A stretch of 64,000 bases of DNA from Methanobacteriota archaeon (GTDB taxonomy: Archaea; Thermoplasmatota; E2; DHVEG-1), in the NCBI GenBank assembly GCA_963769885.1, contig CAVYNH010000006.1, forward strand, positions 128,001-192,000, in the 5' to 3' direction. This document shows, piece by piece, positions 1 through 8,090 of the stretch (position 1 is the first letter of the stretch; each line of letters starts with the position of its first letter). The notes under the pieces were generated by a model. The model worked only from the letters and a program-made list of their open reading frames with translations, was not told where the DNA came from and did not search any database. The position numbers were made by a program, and so were the translations under genes.

Positions 1-97
1 GATGATCCAGGCGTGTTTCATAAGGTGTCTTGGTATAGAAGTGAGAATTCAGGGTTTATAGGTTTTACTGTACAATCCTTATCTGTTCCAGGGCGGT

Positions 98-1096
98 TTA
101 GGGCAGGGGGCCCCAGGGGTGACGGGTGAAGTGCTCGTAGCCTTCGTTGGGGAGTGGAGTGGTGGTTTTCCCTTTTTTCAGGAGTATTTTATTATTTTTG
201 GTGACGGTGCCAATGCGGGTCAGCTGGCAGCCCTGGCGTTTTAGGAGGCGAAAGACCTGGAGGAATCGATCCTCTGGGAGGGTGATGAGAAGTTCGTAGT
301 CGCCGCCGAAGTGCAGGAGAAGGCGTCTCGTGTCGATATCTGGATGTCGTTTGCTTAGGAGAAGGAGTTCCTTGGAGGCCGGAAGCAAGGATGCATCGAT
401 GGTGAACCCGACGTGGTTCATCTCCTGGAGCTGGTACAGTGAGGAGGAGAGGCCGTCGGAGAGGTCCATGGAGGAGGTTACGGCGCGGCTGCGGGCGAGG
501 AGTCGGCCTTCTCGGAGCCGAGGCCAGGGCTCGAACAAGGCTTTTGTCAGGGACGGCCGGGTGTCGCCGTGCTCCAGGGCTGTATATCCAGCGCCGGCTT
601 TCCCGAGGGTGCCGGTGACGGCGACGACGTCTCCTGGGCGTGTGCCTTTCCGGGGCATGAACTCCGTTTTCTTGACGAGACCGAACGCGGTCCCACAGAG
701 GGTGACGTCCGCGGCCTCCTTGGTGTCGCCGCCGACGATGCGGGTGCCGCAGCGGCGGGCGCAGGCCATCGCCCCGGTGGTCATCTCCTTCAGGAACGTA
801 TCCGTGGTGTCGGCGGGTAGCCCGTAGGAGAGGACGAGGCCGAGCGGGGTGCCGCCTTTGGCGGCGATGTCGCTGAGGTTGACGGCAGCCAGCATCCAAC
901 CAATTTGGTATGGGGTCATCTGCTTGGCGATGTGGGTCTGCCGGGCGATGAGGTCCGTCGTCACCAGGAGATATTTGGTTCCGAAGTCGATGGCGGCGCA
1001 ATCGTCGCCAAGAAGTTCTTTACTGCCGCCTTTCGCAAGGATTTGTTCGATGCGTCTGATCGCCTGTCGTTCCCCCAGGCTGGATAGTTTCCTCAC
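98..1096 (-). CDS. thiL: thiamine-phosphate kinase
   Basis: Motifs LGDDCAAI, AVNLSDIAAKGG, GGDT, DLSDGL and GGDYELL. Start placed at GTG 1096; the ORF is open to 1126. Confidence 0.92.
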   Translation of the reverse strand: MRKLSSLGERQAIRRIEQILAKGGSKELLGDDCAAIDFGTKYLLVTTDLIARQTHIAKQMTPYQIGWMLAAVNLSDIAAKGGTPLGLVLSYGLPADTTDTFLKEMTTGAMACARRCGTRIVGGDTKEAADVTLCGTAFGLVKKTEFMPRKGTRPGDVVAVTGTLGKAGAGYTALEHGDTRPSLTKALFEPWPRLREGRLLARSRAVTSSMDLSDGLSSSLYQLQEMNHVGFTIDASLLPASKELLLLSKRHPDIDTRRLLLHFGGDYELLITLPEDRFLQVFRLLKRQGCQLTRIGTVTKNNKILLKKGKTTTPLPNEGYEHFTRHPWGPLP

Positions 1097-1191
1097 AGGT
1101 CCCTGATGTAGGTGTGCCTCCTTCAAAAAGTTTATGACAATCCGGGGGTTACAGCCTCCTAGGGAAGAGGTGAATCACTATTCCGAAGCGA

Positions 1192-2208
1192 ATGACGTAC
1201 GTCGGCGTCGGCGTTGACATTGACGAGAAAGAGAAGGCGATCGCCACCCTGCTCTCCAGCATCACGACTAGCCGGAAGGGGTTCGGTGAGCCCATGGGAG
1301 GGCACTATGCGGGGCTCATCGACTTCGGGGACTACGCGCTCGTCCTGTGCACGGATGGGGTCGGCACGAAGATCAGGATTGCGGAGGCGCTCAAGAAATA
1401 CGACACCATCGGCATTGACTGCATCGCGATGAACGTCAACGACGCCCTCTGCGTGGGCGCGGAGCCGCTCGCGTTCGTCGACTACCTCGCCATGCAGAAC
1501 CCAGACCCTGAGATCACCAGGGAGATCGGCAAGGGGTTGGATGCGGGCGCCGCCCTCTCCAATATCTCGATCATCGGCGGGGAGACCGCGGACTTGCCGG
1601 AGCTGATCAACGGCTTCGACCTCGCGGGCACTTGCCTCGCCTACGTCAAAAAAGACCGCATCATCCTGGGGAAGAACATCTCCCACGGCGACAAGATCAT
1701 CGGCCTGAGCAGCAGCGGGATCCACTCCAACGGCTACACCTTGGCCCGGAAGGTTGTGGAGAGCGCCGGGTTCAAGTACACGGACAAGTTCCCAAACAAC
1801 CTCTACTCCGGCAAGACCATCGGCGAGGTCATGCTGACACCGACCCGGATCTACGTCAAGGAGATCCTCGCCTTGCTGCAGACCGTGGACGTCCATGGCC
1901 TCGCGCACATCACGGGCAGCGGACTGTGGAACCTGCCGCGGCTCAAAGAAACGGTGCGGTACGTGATCGAAGACCCGATGCCGCCGCAGCCGATCTTCAC
2001 ATTCCTCCAGGAGCAGGGCAACATCGACAATCACGAGATGTACCAGACCTTCAACATGGGCATGGGCTTCGCCGTCATCGTCGGCGAGGAGGACGCGGAC
2101 CATGCGGTGTCCTTCCTCTCGAAGCATTCCGAGGCGAAGATCAAGAAAGTCGGCATCATCAAGAAAGGTAGCCACGTCGAGGTCCCCTCGCTCGGGTTAA
2201 CGTATTGA
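1192..2208 (+). CDS. purM: phosphoribosylformylglycinamidine cyclo-ligase (AIR synthetase)
   Basis: Motifs TDGVGTK, GIDCIAMNVND, GGETA, SSGIHSNGY, HITG and TFNMGMG. Confidence 0.96.
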   Translation: MTYVGVGVDIDEKEKAIATLLSSITTSRKGFGEPMGGHYAGLIDFGDYALVLCTDGVGTKIRIAEALKKYDTIGIDCIAMNVNDALCVGAEPLAFVDYLAMQNPDPEITREIGKGLDAGAALSNISIIGGETADLPELINGFDLAGTCLAYVKKDRIILGKNISHGDKIIGLSSSGIHSNGYTLARKVVESAGFKYTDKFPNNLYSGKTIGEVMLTPTRIYVKEILALLQTVDVHGLAHITGSGLWNLPRLKETVRYVIEDPMPPQPIFTFLQEQGNIDNHEMYQTFNMGMGFAVIVGEEDADHAVSFLSKHSEAKIKKVGIIKKGSHVEVPSLGLTY

Positions 2209-2215
2209 TTTCGGT

Positions 2216-3154
2216 ATGCACATCGGTCCTGTCAACGTTGATCCTCCGTTCGTGCTCGCGCCGCTTTCGGGCGTCAGCGAGACCGCGTTCCGGATGCTGT
2301 GCAAGGAGAACGGCGCCGGGCTCGTCTACATGCAGATGATCGACGCCGCGGTCATTAGCACCAAGACCCATGATGAGGTTGCTGCGTTCCTTAATATTCA
2401 GGAGACAGAGCATCCGATTACGGTGCAGTTAATCGGTGGGGACAAACCCACCTTAGTCAAGGCTGTGCAGGCCGTGGAGGAGTTCGCTGACGTCATTGAT
2501 TTGAATGTCGGTTGCATCGAGGAGGATTATATCGCAAAGTGCACAGGCTCGGCGCTCCTTGACAAACCTGAGTTGTTGAAGACGCTTCTGTCGGCGATGG
2601 TCTCAGCCACGAGCAAGCCGGTGACGGCGAAGATCCGAATCGGCCGGGACCCGCAGCATATCAACGGCGTTGCTGTCGCGCAGCTCGTCGAAGATTGCGG
2701 GGCACAGGCCATCTGCGTCCATGGCCGCACTGCAGATCAGCAGTATGCGGGGAAGGTCAACTGGACCATTATGAGGCAGATTCACGAGAAGCTGTCGATT
2801 CCGGTTATCGCGAACGGGGATATCACGAGCCTGCGGAAAGGCGAGCGGCTGATGAAGGATACGGGCTGTGAGCTGGCGATGATTGGTCGCGAGGCGATGC
2901 ACCGCCCCTGGGTCTTCAACCCCAAGCCCGTCGACATGAGGCAGCAGATTCTGCGGTACATCGACTTGTACGAGAAGTACAGCCTGCGTCGGTCCGCGGT
3001 GGAGTGCGCGGACCATGTGTTCTGGATGCTGCGTGATTATCCGACGACGCAGGAGAAGAAGAACGTGCACCTCATTGGGACGATCCCGCGGCTTAGAAGA
3101 TTCGTGCTCCGGTTAGAGCCGCCAGCATCCCCAGCAGAATCGGCTGGTGGATGA
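2216..3154 (+). CDS. dus: tRNA-dihydrouridine synthase family protein
   Basis: Motifs LAPLSG, IDLNVGC, PVTAKIR, VHGRT, PVIANGDI and MIGR. Confidence 0.85.
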   Translation: MHIGPVNVDPPFVLAPLSGVSETAFRMLCKENGAGLVYMQMIDAAVISTKTHDEVAAFLNIQETEHPITVQLIGGDKPTLVKAVQAVEEFADVIDLNVGCIEEDYIAKCTGSALLDKPELLKTLLSAMVSATSKPVTAKIRIGRDPQHINGVAVAQLVEDCGAQAICVHGRTADQQYAGKVNWTIMRQIHEKLSIPVIANGDITSLRKGERLMKDTGCELAMIGREAMHRPWVFNPKPVDMRQQILRYIDLYEKYSLRRSAVECADHVFWMLRDYPTTQEKKNVHLIGTIPRLRRFVLRLEPPASPAESAGG

Positions 3155-3845
3155 AGTAGATTAGCAGCGAGTGCCGTCCGAGGAGACTCATCCCTTTCAC
3201 GACCTTTTTGTCTGAATAGTCTGGGAAGTTGAATTTCCGGGTGTATCCTTGGTAGAGGCTGAGTCCGAGGAAGATACCGATGAGGATGACGCCGAACCAG
3301 GGGAGGAGCGGGAAGTAATCCAGGGTCGCGAAGTTCTGTGGCGTGAACCCTGCCCAGAGGAGCCAGGGGAAATCCACGGTCACGGTCGTGAGAAGATAGA
3401 CGCCGGAGACGATGCAGATCGAGCCGAGAAGGAGCGCGGTCACTCGGAGCTCAATGAACGGGTACGCCAGGATGATGGAGACGCCAATGCAGTGCAGGAC
3501 GCCGAAGACGATGTACTCCTGCGGGAGATACAGCCAGGTGACGAGCGTGATGACCATGCCACCGGCGAAGATGAGGAGACCCCGTAGGATGAATTTTTTT
3601 CGCAGTTGCCACGGAGTGAGCTTCTCGTAGGCTCGATGATAGCTGATGGTGAGGGAGACGCCGACGAGCAGGAGGAACAGGGTGCCGATGGGATACAGGA
3701 AAATCTGTATCGGCAGTGACCACAGGTCGATGTGGTAGATGCCGTAGAACGTGAGGTCGAACATCAGATGGTAGACAATCATCATGATGATGGCGACGCC
3801 GCGCAGGACGTCGATCTCCCAGAACCGCTGCCGTGCCGTGCTCAC
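3093..3845 (-). CDS. DUF1624 / heparan-alpha-glucosaminide N-acetyltransferase-like membrane protein
   Basis: Motifs RFWEIDVLRGVAI, FGVLHCIG, DYFPLLPW and LGRHSLLIYFIHQP; multiple TM segments. Confidence 0.8.
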   Translation of the reverse strand: MSTARQRFWEIDVLRGVAIIMMIVYHLMFDLTFYGIYHIDLWSLPIQIFLYPIGTLFLLLVGVSLTISYHRAYEKLTPWQLRKKFILRGLLIFAGGMVITLVTWLYLPQEYIVFGVLHCIGVSIILAYPFIELRVTALLLGSICIVSGVYLLTTVTVDFPWLLWAGFTPQNFATLDYFPLLPWFGVILIGIFLGLSLYQGYTRKFNFPDYSDKKVVKGMSLLGRHSLLIYFIHQPILLGMLAALTGARIF

Positions 3846-3898
3846 GAGAATCAGTCAGGTGAGTAATTCGTCCGGGGTTTTAATGGGTTCGTCGAGAG

Positions 3899-4435
3899 TT
3901 ACCCGCCTGCGATGACGTCCAGAATAGATTCTGCGTTATAACCGTTAATGAGTGTGAGAATCCCGAAGGGCCCCTTGTAGCTCTTGATCGAGAGGTGGAG
4001 CCAGATAGATCCTAGCCCATACGGTGGCGCATCTGGATGGACCGTGACCGTCAAGTTCACAGAGTTCACATATGGGGTCATATCGGTGATGTAGCTAGTG
4101 AGTTCAGTGTGGTCGAAAGAGGCGTTAAGCCATTCGGACTTGTTCGCAACCTCTAATGTCACGGGGAATGGTTTTCCTGATAACACTATAAGAATCCATT
4201 TACCTAGGAAGCTTCCGCGCGAAACAATCGTGCTTATGTTCACGGGAATTATCCGGGTTTCACCAGGGGGAATCGGGTGTGAGGTAATGTTCCCACTCCA
4301 GCTAATAGACCCGACGAACTGCAATCTATAGGGATTAGAACCCTCCTTCGTCGTAGCAGATGCCATCGGGGTAAGCGCCGAAACAAGCACAAGGACAAAC
4401 GTAACCAGTGTCGCCAGAACCACGTTTTTTCGCAC
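3899..4435 (-). CDS. hypothetical secreted protein
   Basis: GTG at 4435 with an upstream GGGAG, followed by a signal-peptide-like N-terminus. The longer ORF start overlaps the tRNA. Confidence 0.6.
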   Translation of the reverse strand: MRKNVVLATLVTFVLVLVSALTPMASATTKEGSNPYRLQFVGSISWSGNITSHPIPPGETRIIPVNISTIVSRGSFLGKWILIVLSGKPFPVTLEVANKSEWLNASFDHTELTSYITDMTPYVNSVNLTVTVHPDAPPYGLGSIWLHLSIKSYKGPFGILTLINGYNAESILDVIAGG

Positions 4436-4516
4436 ATTCTCCCTATAAAAGAATCCAAGGCAACGCATAAATGCTTTGCGGACAAGGTATAAAAGCCAGG
4501 GAGAAAAGAAAGAGAG

Positions 4517-4630
4517 TAGCGGGGAATGGATTTGAACCATTGATCTACGGGTTATGGGCCCGTCGGGATTTCCTGACTACCCTACCCTTCTAGGCAGGAC
4601 CAAAGAATCAGTCTCCGAATCCTACTCGCT
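4517..4630 (-). tRNA. initiator tRNA-Met(CAT) with a 39-nt intron at position 4/5 (intron 4588-4626)
   Basis: Spliced sequence AGCG|GGGTAGGGTAGTCAGGAAATCCCGACGGGCCCATAACCCGTAGATCAATGGTTCAAATCCATTCCCCGCTA (75 nt). It has an A1-U72 pair, three G-C pairs closing the anticodon stem and a TTCAAAT T-loop. Confidence 0.9.
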
Positions 4631-4696
4631 ATGGAGGGCAGCCGCGGTGTTCTCCTTTCTGGACCGCTACTGACTCGATGGGGAATATCTTCATCG

Positions 4697-4704
4697 TACT
4701 TAAA
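4697..4704 (-). promoter_or_regulatory. probable TATA box of the tRNA-iMet precursor
   Basis: TTTAAGTA on the minus strand about 70 nt upstream of tRNA position 1, implying a leader of roughly 45 nt. Confidence 0.5.
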
Positions 4705-4778
4705 GCTAACACACATCCACATCAGAGGTGGGGAAACATTTAAACGAAACCAACGAATAAAACTCCCGTGAGGAGAAG

Positions 4779-4979
4779 ATGGAAAAGCCGATTACTCAGC
4801 GTCACCTCGTCCCCCGACAGTCCACCTCACCGTGCCTCTGCATCGGCTGCAACAAGATGATCCCGGCCAACGAAGTCTACTACGCCGAAGAAGGCGTAGG
4901 AGTCCACCTCCACAGCCTCGTCGCACGCCGATTCTGCTACCGCTGCTACAGCATGCACGGCGAAAAACTCATCGCCTAA
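4779..4979 (+). CDS. small putative zinc-binding protein
   Basis: 66 aa with CIGC and CYRC pairs; GTGAGGAG SD; TTTAAA box upstream. Confidence 0.65.
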   Translation: MEKPITQRHLVPRQSTSPCLCIGCNKMIPANEVYYAEEGVGVHLHSLVARRFCYRCYSMHGEKLIA

Positions 4980-5053
4980 AGACCCGGGGGCTGGCCAGGG
5001 AGAAAAGATTTTTCAGACGCCTGGTGATGTCTCCAGCACACCACCACATGACT

Positions 5054-5169
5054 GCAGGGGTACCCGAGCTTGGTCCAAGGGGCAGGGCTTAGGAGCAACC
5101 GCAACACCAACTGTGGGCGAAGAGACCCTGTTGCGTAGGCACTCGAGCGTTCAAATCGCTCCCCCTGCA
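5054..5169 (+). tRNA. tRNA-Leu(TAG) with a canonical 37/38 intron (5094-5124, 31 nt)
   Basis: Acceptor GCAGGGG/CCCCTGC-A, anticodon arm CAGGG-CT-TAG-G|A-CCCTG, long variable arm, TTCAAAT T-loop and BHB bulges GG|A and AG|A. Confidence 0.93.
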
Positions 5170-5263
5170 CTCCAATCCTTTCTTTTCAAGGCGTAAAGAC
5201 CACACAAGAACCTTTAATAAACCATCACTCTCTTTCCTGCTGAAAAAGAGGGACGAAGCAGCC

Positions 5264-5818
5264 TTGAAAGTCATCATCTTCACCGGGATGCCCTTCGCCG
5301 GCAAATCCATCGCCGTCGACGTCGCCAAAGCCAAAGGCTACCCCGTCATCCGCATGGGCGACTTCGTCTGGGAAGAGACCCGCAGACAAGGCAAGCCCCT
5401 CACCGCCGAGGACGTCGGCGAGGTCGCCAACACCATGCGCGACACCCAGGGCAAAGACATCTGGGCCCGACGCGCCGCCGACGCCCTCAAACGATACAAA
5501 CGCCTCCCCCTCGTCATCATCGACGGCGCTCGCAACCCCGAGGAGATCGCCTACTTCAAGCAGGCCCTCGGCCCGGAATGCTACGTCGTCGCCATCGTCG
5601 CACCCGCCGAAGTCCGCTTCGAGCGCGCCCAAGAACGCGGACGCGTCGACGACAGCCCCATGCATGCGGACATCGAAGAGCGAGACCAGCGCGAGACCCG
5701 TTGGGGACTCCCCCAGGTCATCGCCGCTGCGAACTACACCATCAGCAACGACGGCAGCGTCGTCGCTTTCCAGACCCAAGTCGAAAAAATCCTCAAACTC
5801 CTCGCCTCCCGACGATAA
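5264..5818 (+). CDS. UPF0200-family P-loop nucleotide kinase (dephospho-CoA kinase-like)
   Basis: Walker A TGMPFAGKS, plus MGDFV, IDGAR and ERDQRE..WG. Confidence 0.8.
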   Translation: MKVIIFTGMPFAGKSIAVDVAKAKGYPVIRMGDFVWEETRRQGKPLTAEDVGEVANTMRDTQGKDIWARRAADALKRYKRLPLVIIDGARNPEEIAYFKQALGPECYVVAIVAPAEVRFERAQERGRVDDSPMHADIEERDQRETRWGLPQVIAAANYTISNDGSVVAFQTQVEKILKLLASRR

Positions 5819-5918
5819 TCTCTGTCTTTTTTCTAATAAAGAACAGGAGTTTTCCCTAAGAAAATTTATTAACTAGGTTTTATTATTAATTCAGTTGAAA
5901 AGGTCGGAGGAAATGAGT

Positions 5919-7700
5919 ATGGCTTGGGGAAAGCTGAGGGTAGTTACTATTTTCATCATTCTAAGTATTCCGTCATTCTTTTCGCCAACCCTCGCGTTTT
6001 CTTCATCCATCAATAATTCACAATCCAATCCGGCTCACAATGAGCTTTCAGGCTCGAATTCTTCTTGGCCGATGTATTGCCATGATTCTCATCACACTGG
6101 ACGAAGCCCCTATTCCACCGCCAACAATCCTCCAGATCACATCAAATGGGTATTCAACACAGGCAAAGTAAGCTTTTATGGAGATACCTCGATTGGTGCC
6201 GACGGAATGATATATGCGGCGGCCAATGGCTTATTTGCAGTGTGGCCTAATGGGACGTTGAAATGGTATTTTCCAGTGAATGGATGGTGTGAAGGTTGCC
6301 CAGCAATCAGCGACGAAGGGATCATTTATCTCGGATGCTCAGGAGGCGGTAGTACTAGTTATTTGTATGCGTTATATCCGAATGGTCAATTAGAATGGCG
6401 GTATGGAGTAGGGGGCGAAGAAATAAAATCATCGCCTGTTATCGGGACTGAGGGCACAATTTACTTCGGCACAGGTGGAGGTTATCCAATTAAAGGATCG
6501 ATTACAGCACTGTATCCAAACGGGACGCTTAAATGGAAGTATCCAACGAACTATGTCGTCTACTCATCACCGGCAATCGGGAATGACGGAACGGTGTATT
6601 GCGGTTGCCATGATTCAAATCTTTACGCCTTCTACCCGAACAATGGATCCTTAAAATGGAAGTATAAAACTGGGAATTGGGTCCGACTTAGCCCCTGCAT
6701 CGCCGATGACGGCACCATCTACTGTGTTTCAGACGATGAATATCTGTATGCCTTGCGTCCCAACGGGACCCTGAAATGGAAAACCAAAGTCGAACCAGGA
6801 GGATCGCCTACGATCGCCTCCGACAGCACCATTTACGCAGGGATGAGCACACTCTATGCGATAAGTCCCGGTGATGGTTCGGTGAAATGGACGTTCCCCG
6901 TCGGAGGAGACATAATGTGGAGCGCTGCCGTTACCTCCGCAGAAGGAACCATCTACTTCGGGATGACCACCTCGGGTTTCGATGGCTATCTTATCGCCGT
7001 GAACCCAAACGGCACCGAGCAATGGAGGACGGAAATCGGTCACTGTGAATCAGTCCCCGCGATCGCCACGGATGGTACCGTCTACATTGGATCAACAGAT
7101 GAACCCGACGCAACAGGGTTTCTGAATGCCTTCGGCCCAGGGGGGCCGCTCCGAGCAATGGCGAACGGACCCTACCAAGCCTTTTACAATCGGACCCTCC
7201 AATTCAAAGGCACAACCTACGGCGGCTTCCCACCCATGACGTACCATTGGGACTTCGGCGACGGAAACACCTCAGACCAACAAAACCCACAACACACGTA
7301 TCACGCCCTCGGGTGCTTCCATGCGACCTTCACCGTCACCGACTCTCAAGGCAACACCAGCAACGACACCGCCTCTGTCAGCGTCTATGCAGACTTACCT
7401 ACTTTGACTATTACTCGACCGGAGAACGCCCTCTACTTCCGAGATAAAAAGATCCACTCATGGGTATGGCCCGTCGCCATCGGCAAGATCACCTTCCAAG
7501 CAACCGCCTTCCAAGAGCCCTACGGCATAGATTGCGTCGAATTCAGCGTCGACGACAAACTCATCGCCACAGACAACGAAGCGCCCTACGAATGGACCTG
7601 GACGACACCTGCCTTCGGCTACCACGTAGTCACTGTCACCGCTCGCGATACCATGGGGTATAGCACAAGCAAAAGCATCGAGATGAAGAAGTTCTTCTAA
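5919..7700 (+). CDS. secreted PQQ-like beta-propeller repeat protein with PKD and Ig-like domains
   Basis: Signal peptide, WPMYCHD..HTGRS, repeated SSPAI..DGTIY..LYAL.PNGTLKW units, PKD YHWDFGDG, C-terminal D.EAPYEW.W. Start uncertain (5895-5919). Confidence 0.85.
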   Translation: MAWGKLRVVTIFIILSIPSFFSPTLAFSSSINNSQSNPAHNELSGSNSSWPMYCHDSHHTGRSPYSTANNPPDHIKWVFNTGKVSFYGDTSIGADGMIYAAANGLFAVWPNGTLKWYFPVNGWCEGCPAISDEGIIYLGCSGGGSTSYLYALYPNGQLEWRYGVGGEEIKSSPVIGTEGTIYFGTGGGYPIKGSITALYPNGTLKWKYPTNYVVYSSPAIGNDGTVYCGCHDSNLYAFYPNNGSLKWKYKTGNWVRLSPCIADDGTIYCVSDDEYLYALRPNGTLKWKTKVEPGGSPTIASDSTIYAGMSTLYAISPGDGSVKWTFPVGGDIMWSAAVTSAEGTIYFGMTTSGFDGYLIAVNPNGTEQWRTEIGHCESVPAIATDGTVYIGSTDEPDATGFLNAFGPGGPLRAMANGPYQAFYNRTLQFKGTTYGGFPPMTYHWDFGDGNTSDQQNPQHTYHALGCFHATFTVTDSQGNTSNDTASVSVYADLPTLTITRPENALYFRDKKIHSWVWPVAIGKITFQATAFQEPYGIDCVEFSVDDKLIATDNEAPYEWTWTTPAFGYHVVTVTARDTMGYSTSKSIEMKKFF

Positions 7701-7808
7701 AAAGTATCTTCTCCGATACCTGCTCTGGCTTGCTTCAAGTACTTTTTTCTCCTGGAAAGCGAAATCTTAATTACCCATCCACCGTTGAGGCGCCCAGGGG
7801 CATTCGGC

Positions 7809-8060
7809 ATGTACGAAGCACACGTCACCATCACTCTTAAAAAAGGAATCTCAGACCCCGAAGGCGCTAACACCCTCAAAGCCCTCCACCTCCTCGGATT
7901 CACCGACGTCAAAAGCGCCTCCACCATCCGCACCTTCAACATCACCGTCGACAGCACCGACAAGAAAAAAGTCGAAGCCGACGTCGAACAAATGTGCCAA
8001 CGCCTGCTGACCAACCCCGTCATCCACACCTACACCATCACCGTCACACCAACAAAATAA
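7809..8060 (+). CDS. purS: FGAM synthase subunit PurS
   Basis: LKKGISDPEG and LLTNPVIH motifs; directly upstream of purL. Confidence 0.93.
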   Translation: MYEAHVTITLKKGISDPEGANTLKALHLLGFTDVKSASTIRTFNITVDSTDKKKVEADVEQMCQRLLTNPVIHTYTITVTPTK

Positions 8061-8090
8061 CACCAAACTTAGGAGGGGGAACGAACGCTC

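Noticed and set aside
1-21. Possible gene start MKHAWII on the minus strand at the window edge
   Set aside because: Only seven codons are visible, which is too little to support a call.
3093-3154. 62-nt overlap of the convergent dus and DUF1624 genes
   Set aside because: It is probably a simple stop-codon extension; I saw no evidence of a frameshift or function.
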